The notes beneath the pieces were generated by a model, which was not told the origin of the DNA, searched no databases, and worked only from the letters and a program-made list of their open reading frames with translations. The position numbers were made by a program, and so were the translations under genes. Of a DNA stretch of 64,000 nt, positions 39,625 through 53,359 are shown one piece after another (position 1 is the first letter of the stretch; each line of letters starts with the position of its first letter). This DNA comes from Eledone cirrhosa (taxonomy: Eukaryota), in the NCBI GenBank assembly GCA_964016885.1, contig OZ024741.1, forward strand, positions 100,440,001 to 100,504,000, read 5' to 3'.

Positions 39625-42600
39625 TCCTAGTGTGTTATGTTGTAGTATCTTACATAGGTGGTGCTTAATGTCCTAGTGTGTTATATTGTAGTATTTTATA
39701 TAGGTTGTGCTTTATCTCCTAGTGTGTTATGTTGTAGTGTTTTACATAGGTGGTGCTTTATGTCCTAGTGTGTTATGTTGTAGTGTTTTACATAGGTGGT
39801 GCTTTATGTCCTAGTGTGTTATGTTCTAGTATTTTACATAGGTGGTGCTGTATGCCCTAGTGTGTTATGTTCTAGTATTTTACATAGGTGGTGCTTTATG
39901 TCCTAGTGTGTTATGTTGTAGTATTTTACATAGGTGGTGCTTTATGTCCTAATGTGTTATGTTGTAGTGTTTAACATAGGTGGTGTTTTATGTCCTAGTG
40001 TGTTATGTTGTAGAGTTTTACATAGGTGGTTCTTTATGTCCTTGTGTGTTATGTTGTAGTGTTTTTCATAGGTGGTGCTTTATGTCCTAATGTGTTATGT
40101 TGTAGTGTTTTACATAGGTGGTGCTTTGTGTCCTAGTGTGTTATGTTGTAGTGTTTACATAGGTGGTGCTTTATGTCCTAGTGTGTTATGTTGTAGTATT
40201 TTACATAGGTGGTGCTTTATGTCCTAGTGTGTTATATTGTAGTGTTTACATAGGTGGTGCTTTATGACCTAGTGTGTTATGTTGTAGTATTTTACATAGG
40301 TGGTGCTTTATGTCCTAGTGTGTTATGTTGTAGTATTTTACATAGGGGTGCTTTATGTCCTAGTGTGTTATGTTGTAGTGTTTTACATAGGTAGTGCTTT
40401 ATGTCCTAGTGTGTTATGTTGTAGTGTTTTACATAGGTGGTGCTTTATGTCCTAGTGTGTTATGTTGTAGTGTTTTACATAGGTGCTGCTTTATGTCCTA
40501 GTGTGTTATGTTGTAGTGTTTTAAATAGGTGGTGTTTTATGTCCTAGTGTGTTACGTTGTAGTGTTTTACATAGGTGGTGCTTTATGTCCTAGTGTGTTA
40601 TGTTGTAGTGTTTTACATAGGTGGTGCTTTATGTCCTAATGTGTTATGTTGTAGTGTTTTACATAGGTGGTGCTTTATGTCCTAGTGTGTTATGTTGTAG
40701 TAGTTTACATAGGTTGTGCTTTATGTCCTAGTGTGTTATGTTGTAATAATTTACATAGGGGGTGCTTTATGTCCTAGTGTGTTATTTTGTAGTGTTTTAC
40801 ATAGGTAGTGCTTTCTGTCCTAGTGTGTTATGTTGTAGTGTTTTACATAGGTGCTGCTTTATGTCCTAGTGTGTTATGTTGTAGTGTTTTAAATAGGTGG
40901 TGTTTTATGTGCTAGTGTGTTATGTTGTAGTGTTTTACATAGGTGGTGCTTTATGTCTTAGTGTGTTATGTTGTAGTGTTTTACATAGGTGGTGCTTTAT
41001 GTCCTAGTGTGTTATGTTGTAGTGTTTTACATAGGTGGTACTTTATGTCCTAATGTGTTATGTTGTAGTGTTTTACATAGGTGGTGCTTTATGACCTAGT
41101 TTGTTATGTTGTACTATTTTACATAGGTGGTGTTTTATGTCCTAGTGTGTTATGTTGTAGTATTTTACATAGGTGGTGCTTTATGCCTTAGTGTGTTATG
41201 TTGTAGTGTTTTATATAGGTGGTGCTTTATGTCCTAGTGTGTTATGTTGTAGTGTTTTACATAGGTGGTGCTTTATGTCCTAGTGTGTTATGTTCTAGTA
41301 TTTTACATAGGTGGTGCTGTATGCCCTAGTGTGTTATGTTCTAGTATTTTACATAGGTGGTGCTTTATGTCCTAGTGTGTTATGTTGTAGTATTTTACAT
41401 AGGTGGTGCTTTATGTCCTAATGTGTTATGTTGTAGTGTTTAACATAGGTGGTGCTTTATGTCCTAGTGTGTTATGTTGTAGTGTTTTACATAGGTGGTG
41501 CTTTATGTCCTAGTGTGTTATGTTGTAGTGTTTTTCATAGGTGGTGCTTTATGTCCTAATGTGTTATGTTGTAGTGTTTTACATAGGTGGTGCTTTGTGT
41601 CCTAGTGCGTTATGTTGTAGTGTTTACATAGGTGGTGTTTTATGTCCTAGTGTGTTATGTTGTAGTATTTTACATAGGTGGTGCTTTATGTCCTAGTGTG
41701 TTATATTGTAGTGTTTACATAGGTGGTGCTTTATGACCTAGTGTGTTATGTTGTAGTATTTTACATAGGTGGTGCTTTATGTCCTAGTGTGTTATGTTGT
41801 AGTATTTTACATAGGGGTGCTTTATGTCCTAGTGTGTTATGTTGTAGTGTTTAACATAGGTAGTGCTTTATGTCCTAGTGTGTTATGTTGTAGTGTTTTA
41901 CATAGGTGGTGCTTTATGTCCTAGTGTGTTATGTTGTAGTGTTTTACATAGGTGCTGCTTTATGTCCTAGTGTGTTATGTTGTAGTATCTTACATAGGTG
42001 GTGCTTAATGTCCTAGTGTGTTATATTGTAGTATTTTATATAGGTTGTGCTTTATCTCCTAGTGTGTTATGTTGTAGTGTTTTACATAGGTGGTGCTTTA
42101 TGTCCTAGTGTGTTATGTTGTAGTGTTTTACATAGGTGGTGCTTTATGTCCTAGTGTGTTATGTTCTAGTATTTTACATAGGTGGTGCTGTATGCCCTAG
42201 TGTGTTATGTTCTAGTATTTTACATAGGTGGTGCTTTATGTCCTAGTGTGTTATGTTGTAGTATTTTACATAGGTGGTGCTTTATGTCCTAATGTGTTAT
42301 GTTGTAGTGTTTAACATAGGTGGTGTTTTATGTCCTAGTGTGTTATGTTGTAGAGTTTTACATAGGTGGTTCTTTATGTCCTTGTGTGTTATGTTGTAGT
42401 GTTTTTCATAGGTGGTGCTTTATGTCCTAATGTGTTATGTTGTAGTGTTTTACATAGGTGGTGCTTTGTGTGCTAGTGTGTTATGTTGTAGTGTTTACAT
42501 AGGTGGTGCTTTATGTCCTAGTGTGTTATGTTGTAGTATTTTACATAGGTGGTGCTTTATGTCCTAGTGTGTTATATTGTAGTGTTTACATAGGTGGTGC

Positions 42601-44320
42601 TTTATGACCTAGTGTGTTATGTTGTAGTATTTTACATAGGTGGTGCTTTATGTCCTAGTGTGTTATGTTGTAGTATTTTACATAGGGGTGCTTTATGTCC
42701 TAGTGTGTTATGTTGTAGTGTTTTACATAGGTAGTGCTTTATGTCCTAGTGTGTTATGTTGTAGTGTTTTACATAGGTGGTGCTTTATGTCCTAGTGTGT
42801 TATGTTGTAGTGTTTTACATAGGTGCTGCTTTATGTCCTTGTGTGTTATGTTGTAGTGTTTTAAATAGGTGGTGTTTTATGTCCTAGTGTGTTACGTTGT
42901 AGTGTTTTACATAGGTGGTGCTTTATGTCCTAGTGTGTTATGTTGTAGTGTTTTACATAGGTGGTGCTTTATGTCCTAATGTGTTATGTTGTAGTGTTTT
43001 ACATAGGTGGTGCTTTATGTCCTAGTGTGTTATGTTGTAGTAGTTTACATAGGTTGTGCTTTATGTCCTAGTGTGTTATGTTGTAATAATTTACATAGGG
43101 GGTGCTTTATGTCCTAGTGTGTTATTTTGTAGTGTTTTACATAGGTAGTGCTTTCTGTCCTAGTGTGTTATGTTGTAGTGTTTTACATAGGTGCTGCTTT
43201 ATGTCCTAGTGTGTTATGTTGTAGTGTTTTAAATAGGTGGTGTTTTATGTGCTAGTGTGTTATGTTGTAGTGTTTTACATAGGTGGTGCTTTATGTCTTA
43301 GTGTGTTATGTTGTAGTGTTTTACATAGGTGGTGCTTTATGTCCTAGTGTGTTATGTTGTAGTGTTTTACATAGGTGGTACTTTATGTCCTAATGTGTTA
43401 TGTTGTAGTGTTTTACATAGGTGGTGCTTTATGACCTAGTTTGTTATGTTGTACTATTTTACATAGGTGGTGTTTTATGTCCTAGTGTGTTATGTTGTAG
43501 TATTTTACATAGGTGGTGCTTTATGCCTTAGTGTGTTATGTTGTAGTGTTTTATATAGGTGGTGCTTTATGTCCTAGTGTGTTATGTTGTAGTGTTTTAC
43601 ATAGGTGGTGCTTTATGTCCTAGTGTGTTATGTTCTAGTATTTTACATAGGTGGTGCTGTATGCCCTAGTGTGTTATGTTCTAGTATTTTACATAGGTGG
43701 TGCTTTATGTCCTAGTGTGTTATGTTGTAGTATTTTACATAGGTGGTGCTTTATGTCCTAATGTGTTATGTTGTAGTGTTTAACATAGGTGGTGCTTTAT
43801 GTCCTAGTGTGTTATGTTGTAGTGTTTTACATAGGTGGTGCTTTATGTCCTAGTGTGTTATGTTGTAGTGTTTTTCATAGGTGGTGCTTTATGTCCTAAT
43901 GTGTTATGTTGTAGTGTTTTACATAGGTGGTGCTTTGTGTCCTAGTGCGTTATGTTGTAGTGTTTACATAGGTGGTGTTTTATGTCCTAGTGTGTTATGT
44001 TGTAGTATTTTACATAGGTGGTGCTTTATGTCCTAGTGTGTTATATTGTAGTGTTTACATAGGTGGTGCTTTATGACCTAGTGTGTTATGTTGTAGTATT
44101 TTACATAGGTGGTGCTTTATGTCCTAGTGTGTTATGTTGTAGTATTTTACATAGGGGTGCTTTATGTCCTAGTGTGTTATGTTGTAGTGTTTAACATAGG
44201 TAGTGCTTTATGTCCTAGTGTGTTATGTTGTAGTGTTTTACATAGGTGGTGCTTTATGTCCTAGTGTGTTATGTTGTAGTGTTTTACATAGGTGCTGCTT
44301 TATGTCCTAGTGTGTTATGT
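39625..44320. repeat. Near-identical tandem block duplication, period 2,340 bp (51 monomers, six of 45 bp)
   Basis: Paired variants at offset 2340: CTTTCTGTCC (40815/43155) and GACCTAGTTTGTT (41101/43441). The printed lines 39661 onward and 42001 onward are almost identical. Confidence 0.9.
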
Positions 44321-44329
44321 TGCAGTGTT

Positions 44330-47300
44330 TTAAATAGGTGGTGTTTTATGTCCTAGTGTGTTACGTTGTAGTGTTTTACATAGGTGGTGCTTTATGTCCT
44401 AGTGTGTTATGTTGTAGTGTTTTACATAGGTGGTGCTTTATGTCCTAATGTGTTATGTTGTAGTGTTTTACATAGGTGGTGCTTTATGTCCTAGTGTGTT
44501 ATGTTGTAGTAGTTTACATAGGTTGTGCTTTATGTCCTTGTGTGTTATGTTGTAATAATTTACATAGGGGGTGCTTTATGTCCTAGTGTGTTATTTTGTA
44601 GTGTTTTACATAGGTAGTGCTTTATGTCCTAGTGTGTTATGTTGTAGTGTTTTACATAGGTGGTGCTTTATGTCCTAGTGTGTTATGTTGTAGTGTTTTT
44701 CATAGGTGGTGCTTTATGTCCTAATGTGTTATGTGGTAGTGTTTTACATAGGTGGTGCTTTATGACCTAGTGTGTTATGTTGTAGTATTTTACATAGGTG
44801 GTGTTTTATGTCCTAGTGTGTTATGTTGTAGTGTTTTACATAGGTGGTGCTTTATGTCCTAGTGTGTTATGTTGTAGTGTTTTACATAGGTGGTGCTTTA
44901 TGTCCTAATGTGTTATGTTGTAGTGTTTTACATAGATGGTGCTTTATCTCCTAGTGTGTTATGTTGTAGTATTTTACATAGGTTGTGCTTTATGTCCTAG
45001 TGTGTTATGTTGTAGTATCTTACATAGGTGGTGCTTTATGTCCTAGTGTGTTATGTTGTAGTATTTTACATAGGTGGTGCTTTATGTCCTAGTGTGTTAT
45101 GTTGTAGTATTTTACATAGGTTGTGCTTTATGTCCTAGTGTGTTATGTTGTAGTATTTTACATAGGGGGTGCTTTATATCCTAGTGTGTTATTTTGTAGT
45201 GTTTTACATAGGTAGTGCTTTATGTCCTAGTGTGTTATGTTGTAGTGTTTTACATAGGTGGTGCTTTATGTCCTAGTGTGTTATGTTGTAGTGTTTTACA
45301 TAGGTGGTGCTTTATGTCCTAGTGTGTTATGTTGTAGTGTTTTACATAGGTGGTTCTTTATGTCCTAGTGTGTTATGTTGTAGTATTTTACATAGGTGGT
45401 GCTTTATGTCTTAGTGTGTTATGTTGTAGTGTTTTATATAGGTGGTGCTTTATGTCCTAGTGTGTTATGTTGTAGTGTTTTACATAGGTAGTGCTTTATG
45501 TCCTAGTGTGTTATGTTGTAGTATCTTACATAGGTGGTGCTTAATGTCCTAGTGTGTTATATTGTAGTATTTTATATAGGTTGTGCTTTATCTCCTAGTG
45601 TGTTATGTTGTAGTGTTTTACATAGGTGGTGCTTTATGTCCTAGTGTGTTATGTTGTAGTGTTTTACATAGGTGGTGCTTTATGTCCTAGTGTGTTATGT
45701 TCTAGTATTTTACATAGGTGGTGCTGTATGCCCTAGTGTGTTATGTTCTAGTATTTTACATAGGTGGTGCTTTATGTCTTAGTGTGTTATGTTGTAGTGT
45801 TTTATATAGGTGGTGCTTTATGTCCTAGTGTGTTATGTTGTAGTGTTTTACATAGGTAGTGCTTTATGTCCTAGTGTGTTATGTTGTAGTATCTTACATA
45901 GGTGGTGCTTAATGTCCTAGTGTGTTATATTGTAGTATTTTATATAGGTTGTGCTTTATCTCCTAGTGTGTTATGTTGTAGTGTTTTACATAGGTGGTGC
46001 TTTATGTCCTAGTGTGTTATGTTGTAGTGTTTTACATAGGTGGTGCTTTATGTCCTATTGTGTTATGTTCTAGTATTTTACATAGGTGGTGCTGTATGCC
46101 CTAGTGTGTTATGTTCTAGTATTTTACATAGGTGGTGCTTTATGTCCTAGTGTGTTATGTTGTAGTATTTTACATAGGTGGTGCTTTATGTCCTAATGTG
46201 TTATGTTGTAGTGTTTAACATAGGTGGTGCTTTATGTCCTAGTGTGTTATGTTGTAGAGTTTTACATAGGTGGTTCTTTATGTCCTTGTGTGTTATGTTG
46301 TAGTGTTTTTCATAGGTGGTGCTTTATGTCCTAATGTGTTATGTTGTAGTGTTTTACATAGGTGGTGCTTTGTGTCCTAGTGTGTTATGTTGTAGTGTTT
46401 ACATAGGTGGTGCTTTATGTCCTAGTGTGTTATGTTGTAGTATTTTACATAGGTGGTGCTTTATGTCCTAGTGTGTTATATTGTAGTGTTTACATAGGTG
46501 GTGCTTTATGACCTAGTGTGTTATGTTGTAGTATTTTACATAGGTGGTGCTTTATGTCCTAGTGTGTTATGTTGTAGTATTTTACATAGGGGTGCTTTAT
46601 GTCCTAGTGTGTTATGTTGTAGTGTTTTACATAGGTAGTGCTTTATGTCCTAGTGTGTTATGTTGTAGTGTTTTACATAGGTGGTGCTTTATGTCCTAGT
46701 GTGTTATGTTGTAGTGTTTTACATAGGTGCTGCTTTATGTCCTAGTGTGTTATGTTGTAGTGTTTTAAATAGGTGGTGTTTTATGTCCTAGTGTGTTACG
46801 TTGTAGTGTTTTACATAGGTGGTGCTTTATGTCCTAGTGTGTTATGTTGTAGTGTTTTACATAGGTGGTGCTTTATGTCCTAATGTGTTATGTTGTAGTG
46901 TTTTACATAGGTGGTGCTTTATGTCCTAGTGTGTTATGTTGTAGTAGTTTACATAGGTTGTGCTTTATGTCCTAGTGTGTTATGTTGTAATAATTTACAT
47001 AGGGGGTGCTTTATGTCCTAGTGTGTTATTTTGTAGTGTTTTACATAGGTAGTGCTTTATGTCCTAGTGTGTTATGTTGTAGTGTTTTACATAGGTGCTG
47101 CTTTATGTCCTAGTGTGTTATGTTGTAGTGTTTTAAATAGGTGGTGTTTTATGTGCTAGTGTGTTATGTTGTAGTGTTTTACATAGGTGGTGCTTTATGT
47201 CCTAGTGTGTTATGTTGTAGTGTTTTACATAGGTGGTGCTTTATGTCCTAGTGTGTTATGTTGTAGTGTTTTACATAGGTGGTACTTTATGTCCTAATGT

Positions 47301-50300
47301 GTTATGTTGTAGTGTTTTACATAGGTGGTGCTTTATGTCCTAGTGTGTTATGGTGTAGTAGTTTACATAGGTTGTGCTTTATGTCCTAGTGTGTTATGTT
47401 GTAATATTTTACATAGGGGGTGCTTTATGTCCTAGTGTGTTATTTTGTAGTGTTTTACATAGGTAGTGCTTTATGTCCTAGTGTGTTATGTTGTAGTGTT
47501 TTACATAGGTGGTGCTTTATGTCCTAGTGTGTTATGTTGTAGTGTTTTTCATAGGTGGTGCTTTATGTCCTAATGTGTTATGTTGTAGTGTTTTACATAG
47601 GTGGTGCTTTATGACCTAGTGTGTTATGTTGTACTATTTTACATAGGTGGTGTTTTATGTCCTAGTGTGTTATGTTGTAGTATTTTACATAGGTGGTGCT
47701 TTATGCCTTAGTGTGTTATGTTGTAGTGTTTTATATAGGTGGTGCTTTATGTCCTAGTGTGTTATGTTGTAGTGTTTTACATAGGTAGTGCTTTATGTCC
47801 TAGTGTGTTATGATGTAGTATCTTACATAGGTGGTGCTTAATGTCCTAGTGTGTTATATTGTAGTATTTTATATAGGTTGTGCTTTATCTCCTAGTGTGT
47901 TATGTTGTAGTGTTTTACATAGGTGGTGCTTTATGTCCTAGTGTGTTATGTTGTAGTATTTTACATAGGGGTGCTTTATGTCCTAGTGTGTTATGTTGTA
48001 GTGTTTAACATAGGTAGTGCTTTATGTCCTAGTGTGTTATGTTGTAGTGTTTTACATAGGTGGTGCTTTATGTCCTAGTGTGTTATGTTGTAGTGTTTTA
48101 CATAGGTGCTGCTTTATGTCCTAGTGTGTTATGTTGTAGTGTTTTAAATAGGTGGTGTTTTATGTCCTAGTGTGTTACGTTGTAGTGTTTTACATAGGTG
48201 GTGCTTTATGTCCTAGTGTGTTATGTTGTAGTGTTTTACATAGGTGGTGCTTTATGTCCTAATGTGTTATGTTGTAGTGTTTTACATAGGTGGTGCTTTA
48301 TGTCCTAGTGTGTTATGTTGTAGTAGTTTACATAGGTTGTGCTTTATGTCCTAGTGTGTTATGTTGTAATAATTTACATAGGGGGTGCTTTATGTCCTAG
48401 TGTGTTATTTTGTAGTGTTTTACATAGGTAGTGCTTTATGTCCTAGTGTTTTACATAGGTGGTGCTTTATGTCCTAGTGTGTTATGTTGTAGTGTTTTTC
48501 ATAGGTGGTGCTTTATGTCCTAATGTGTTATGTTGTAGTGTTTTACATAGGTGGTGCTTTATGACCTAGTGTGTTATGTTGTAGTATTTTACATAGGTGG
48601 TGTTTTATGTCCTAGTGTGTTATGTTGTAGTGTTTTACATAGGTGGTGCTTTATGTCCTAGTGTGTTATGTTGTAGTGTTTTACATAGGTGGTGCTTTAT
48701 GTCCTAATGTGTTATGTTGTAGTGTTTTACATAGATGGTGCTTTATCTCCTAGTGTGTTATGTTGTAGTATTTTACATAGGTTGTGCTTTATGTCCTAGT
48801 GTGTTATGTTGTAGTATCTTACATAGGTGGTGCTTTATGTCCTAGTGTGTTATGTTGTAGTATTTTACATAGGTGGTGCTTTATGTCCTAGTGTGTTATG
48901 TTGTAGTATTTTACATAGGTTGTGCTTTATGTCCTAGTGTGTTATGTTGTAGTATTTTACATAGGGGGTGCTTTATATCCTAGTGTGTTATTTTGTAGTG
49001 TTTTACATAGGTAGTGCTTTATGTCCTAGTGTGTTATGTTGTAGTGTTTTACATAGGTGGTGCTTTATGTCCTAGTGTGTTATGTTGTAGTGTTTTACAT
49101 AGGTGGTGCTTTATGTCCTAGTGTGTTATGTTGTAGTGTTTTACATAGGTGGTTCTTTATGTCCTAGTGTGTTATGTTGTAGTATTTTACATAGGTGGTG
49201 CTTTATGTCTTAGTGTGTTATGTTGTAGTGTTTTATATCGGTGGTGCTTTATGTCCTAGTGTGTTATGTTGTAGTGTTTTACATAGGTAGTGCTTTATGT
49301 CCTAGTGTGTTAAGTTGTAGTATCTTACATAGGTGGTGCTTAATGTCCTAGTGTGTTATATTGTAGTATTTTATATAGGTTGTGCTTTATCTCCTAGTGT
49401 GTTATGTTGTAGTGTTTTACATAGGTGGTGCTTTATGTCCTAGTGTGTTATGTTGTAGTGTTTTACATAGGTGGTGCTTTATGTCCTAGTGTGTTATGTT
49501 CTAGTATTTTACATAGGTGGTGCTGTATGCCCTAGTGTGTTATGTTCTAGTATTTTACATAGGTGGTGCTTTATGTCTTAGTGTGTTATGTTGTAGTGTT
49601 TTATATAGGTGGTGCTTTATTTCCTAGTGTGTTATGTTGTAGTGTTTTACATAGGTAGTGCTTTATGTCCTAGTGTGTTATGTTGTAGTATCTTACATAG
49701 GTGGTGCTTAATGTCCTAGTGTGTTATATTGTAGTATTTTATATAGGTTGTGCTTTATCTCCTAGTGTGTTATGTTGTAGTGTTTTACATAGGTGGTGCT
49801 TTATGTCCTAGTGTGTTATGTTGTAGTGTTTTACATAGGTGGTGCTTTATGTCCTAGTGTGTTATGTTCTAGTATTTTACATAGGTGGTGCTGTATGCCC
49901 TAGTGTGTTATGTTCTAGTATTTTACATAGGTGGTGCTTTATGTCCTAGTGTGTTATGTTGTAGTATTTTACATAGGTGGTGCTTTATGTCCTAATGTGT
50001 TATGTTGTAGTGTTTAACATAGGTGGTGCTTTATGTCCTAGTGTGTTATGTTGTAGAGTTTTACATAGGTGGTTCTTTATGTCCTTGTGTGTTATGTTGT
50101 AGTGTTTTTCATAGGTGGTGCTTTATGTCCTAATGTGTTATGTTGTAGTGTTTTACATAGGTGGTGCTTTGTGTCCTAGTGTGTTATGTTGTAGTGTTTA
50201 CATAGGTGGTGCTTTATGTCCTAGTGTGTTATGTTGTAGTATTTTACATAGGTGGTGCTTTATGTCCTAGTGTGTTATATTGTAGTGTTTACATAGGTGG

Positions 50301-51760
50301 TGCTTTATGACCTAGTGTGTTATGTTGTAGTATTTTACATAGGTGGTGCTTTATGTCCTAGTGTGTTATGTTGTAGTATTTTACATAGGGGTGCTTTATG
50401 TCCTAGTGTGTTATGTTGTAGTGTTTTACATAGGTAGTGCTTTATGTCCTAGTGTGTTATGTTGTAGTGTTTTACATAGGTGGTGCTTTATGTCCTAGTG
50501 TGTTATGTTGTAGTGTTTTACATAGGTGCTGCTTTATGTCCTAGTGTGTTATGTTGTAGTGTTTTAAATAGGTGGTGTTTTATGTCCTAGTGTGTTACGT
50601 TGTAGTGTTTTACATAGGTGGTGCTTTATGTCCTAGTGTGTTATGTTGTAGTGTTTTACATAGGTGGTGCTTTATGTCCTAATGTGTTATGTTGTAGTGT
50701 TTTACATAGGTGGTGCTTTATGTCCTAGTGTGTTATGTTGTAGTAGTTTACATAGGTTGTGCTTTATGTCCTAGTGTGTTATGTTGTAATAATTTACATA
50801 GGGGGTGCTTTATGTCCTAGTGTGTTATTTTGTAGTGTTTTACATAGGTAGTGCTTTATGTCCTAGTGTGTTATGTTGTAGTGTTTTACATAGGTGCTGC
50901 TTTATGTCCTAGTGTGTTATGTTGTAATGTTTTAAATAGGTGGTGTTTTATGTGCTAGTGTGTTATGTTGTAGTGTTTTACATAGGTGGTGCTTTATGTC
51001 CTAGTGTGTTATGTTGTAGTGTTTTACATAGGTGGTGCTTTATGTCCTAGTGTGTTATGTTGTAGTGTTTTACATAGGTGGTACTTTATGTCCTAATGTG
51101 TTATGTTGTAGTGTTTTACATAGGTGGTGCTTTATGTCCTAGTGTGTTATGGTGTAGTAGTTTACATAGGTTGTGCTTTATGTCCTAGTGTGTTATGTTG
51201 TAATATTTTACATAGGGGGTGCTTTATGTCCTAGTGTGTTATTTTGTAGTGTTTTACATAGGTAGTGCTTTATGTCCTAGTGTGTTATGTTGTAGTGTTT
51301 TACATAGGTGGTGCTTTATGTCCTAGTGTGTTATGTTGTAGTGTTTTTCATAGGTGGTGCTTTATGTCCTAATGTGTTATGTTGTAGTGTTTTACATAGG
51401 TGGTGCTTTATGACCTAGTGTGTTATGTTGTACTATTTTACATAGGTGGTGTTTTATGTCCTAGTGTGTTATGTTGTAGTATTTTACATAGGTGGTGCTT
51501 TATGCCTTAGTGTGTTATGTTGTAGTGTTTTATATAGGTGGTGCTTTATGTCCTAGTGTGTTATGTTGTAGTGTTTTACATAGGTAGTGCTTTATGTCCT
51601 AGTGTGTTATGATGTAGTATCTTACATAGGTGGTGCTTAATGTCCTAGTGTGTTATATTGTAGTATTTTATATAGGTTGTGCTTTATCTCCTAGTGTGTT
51701 ATGTTGTAGTGTTTTACGTAGGTGGTGCTTTATGTCCTAGTGTGTTATGTTGTAGTGTTT
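44330..51760. repeat. Block duplication, offset about 3.8 kb, each copy carrying an internal 368-bp (8-monomer) tandem duplication
   Basis: GCTGTATGCCC occurs at 45726/46094 and 49525/49893, giving an inner offset of 368 and an outer offset of 3799. TATGGTGTAG occurs at about 47353 and 51152. Confidence 0.78.
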
Positions 51761-53359
51761 TACATAGGTGGTGCTTTATGTCCTAGTGTGTTATGTTCTA
51801 GTATTTTACATAGGTGGTGCTGTATGCCCTAGTGTGTTATGTTCTAGTATTTTACATAGGTGGTGCTTTATGTCCTAGTGTGTTATGTTGTAGTATTTTA
51901 CATAGGTGGTGCTTTATGTCCTAGTGTGTTATGTTGTAGTATTTTACATAGGGGTGCTTTATGTCCTAGTGTGTTATGTTGTAGTGTTTAACATAGGTAG
52001 TGCTTTATGTCCTAGTGTGTTGTGTTGTAGTGTTTTACATAGGTGGTGCTTTATGTCCTAGTGTGTTATGTTGTAGTGTTTTACATAGGTGCTGCTTTAT
52101 GTCCTAGTGTGTTATGTTGTAGTGTTTTAAATAGGTGGTGTTTTATGTCCTAGTGTGTTACGTTGTAGTGTTTTACATAGGTGGTGCTTTATGTCCTAGT
52201 GTGTTATGTTGTAGTGTTTTACATAGGTGGTGCTTTATGTCCTAATGTGTTATGTTGTAGTGTTTTACATAGGTGGTGCTTTATGTCCTAGTGTGTTATG
52301 TTGTAGTAGTTTACATAGGTTGTGCTTTATGTCCTAGTGTGTTATGTTGTAATAATTTACATAGGGGGTGCTTTATGTCCTAGTGTGTTATTTTGTAGTG
52401 TTTTACATAGGTAGTGCTTTATGTCCTAGTGTGTTATGTTGTAGTGTTTTACATAGGTGGTGCTTTATGTCCTAGTGTGTTATGTTGTAGTGTTTTTCAT
52501 AGGTGGTGCTTTATGTCCTAATGTGTTATGTTGTAGTGTTTTACATAGGTGGTGCTTTATGACCTAGAGTGTTATGTTGTAGTATTTTACATAGGTGGTG
52601 TTTTATGTCCTAGTGTGTTATGTTGTAGTGTTTTACATAGGTGGTGCTTTATGTCCTAGTGTGTTATGTTGTAGTGTTTTACATAGGTGGTGCTTTATGT
52701 CCTAATGTGTTATGTTGTAGTGTTTTACATAGATGGTGCTTATTCTCCTAGTGTGTTATGTTGTAGTATTTTACATAGGTTGTGCTTTATGTCCTAGTGT
52801 GTTATGTTGTAGTATCTTACATAGGTGGTGCTTTATGTCCTAGTGTGTTATGTTGTAGTATTTTACATAGGTGGTGCTTTATGTCCTAGTGTGTTATGTT
52901 GTAGTATTTTACATAGGTTGTGCTTTATGTCCTAGTGTGTTATGTTGTAGTATTTTACATAGGTGGTGCTTTATGTCCTAGTGTGTTATGTTGTAGTGTT
53001 TTACATAGGTGGTGCTTTATGTCCTAGTGTGTTATGTTGTAGTGTTTTACATAGGTGGTTCTTTATGTCCTAGTGTGTTATGTTGTAGTATTTTACATAG
53101 GTGGTGCTTTATGTCTTAGTGTGTTATGTTGTAGTGTTTTATATAGGTGGTGCTTTATGTCCTAGTGTGTTATGTTGTAGTGTTTTACATAGGTAGTGCT
53201 TTATGTCCTAGTGTGTTATGTTGTAGTATCTTACATAGGTGGTGCTTAATGTCCTAGTGTGTTATATTGTAGTATTTTATATAGGTTGTGCTTTATCTCC
53301 TAGTGTGTTATGTTGTAGTGTTTTACATAGGTGGTGCTTTATGTCCTAGTGTGTTATGT

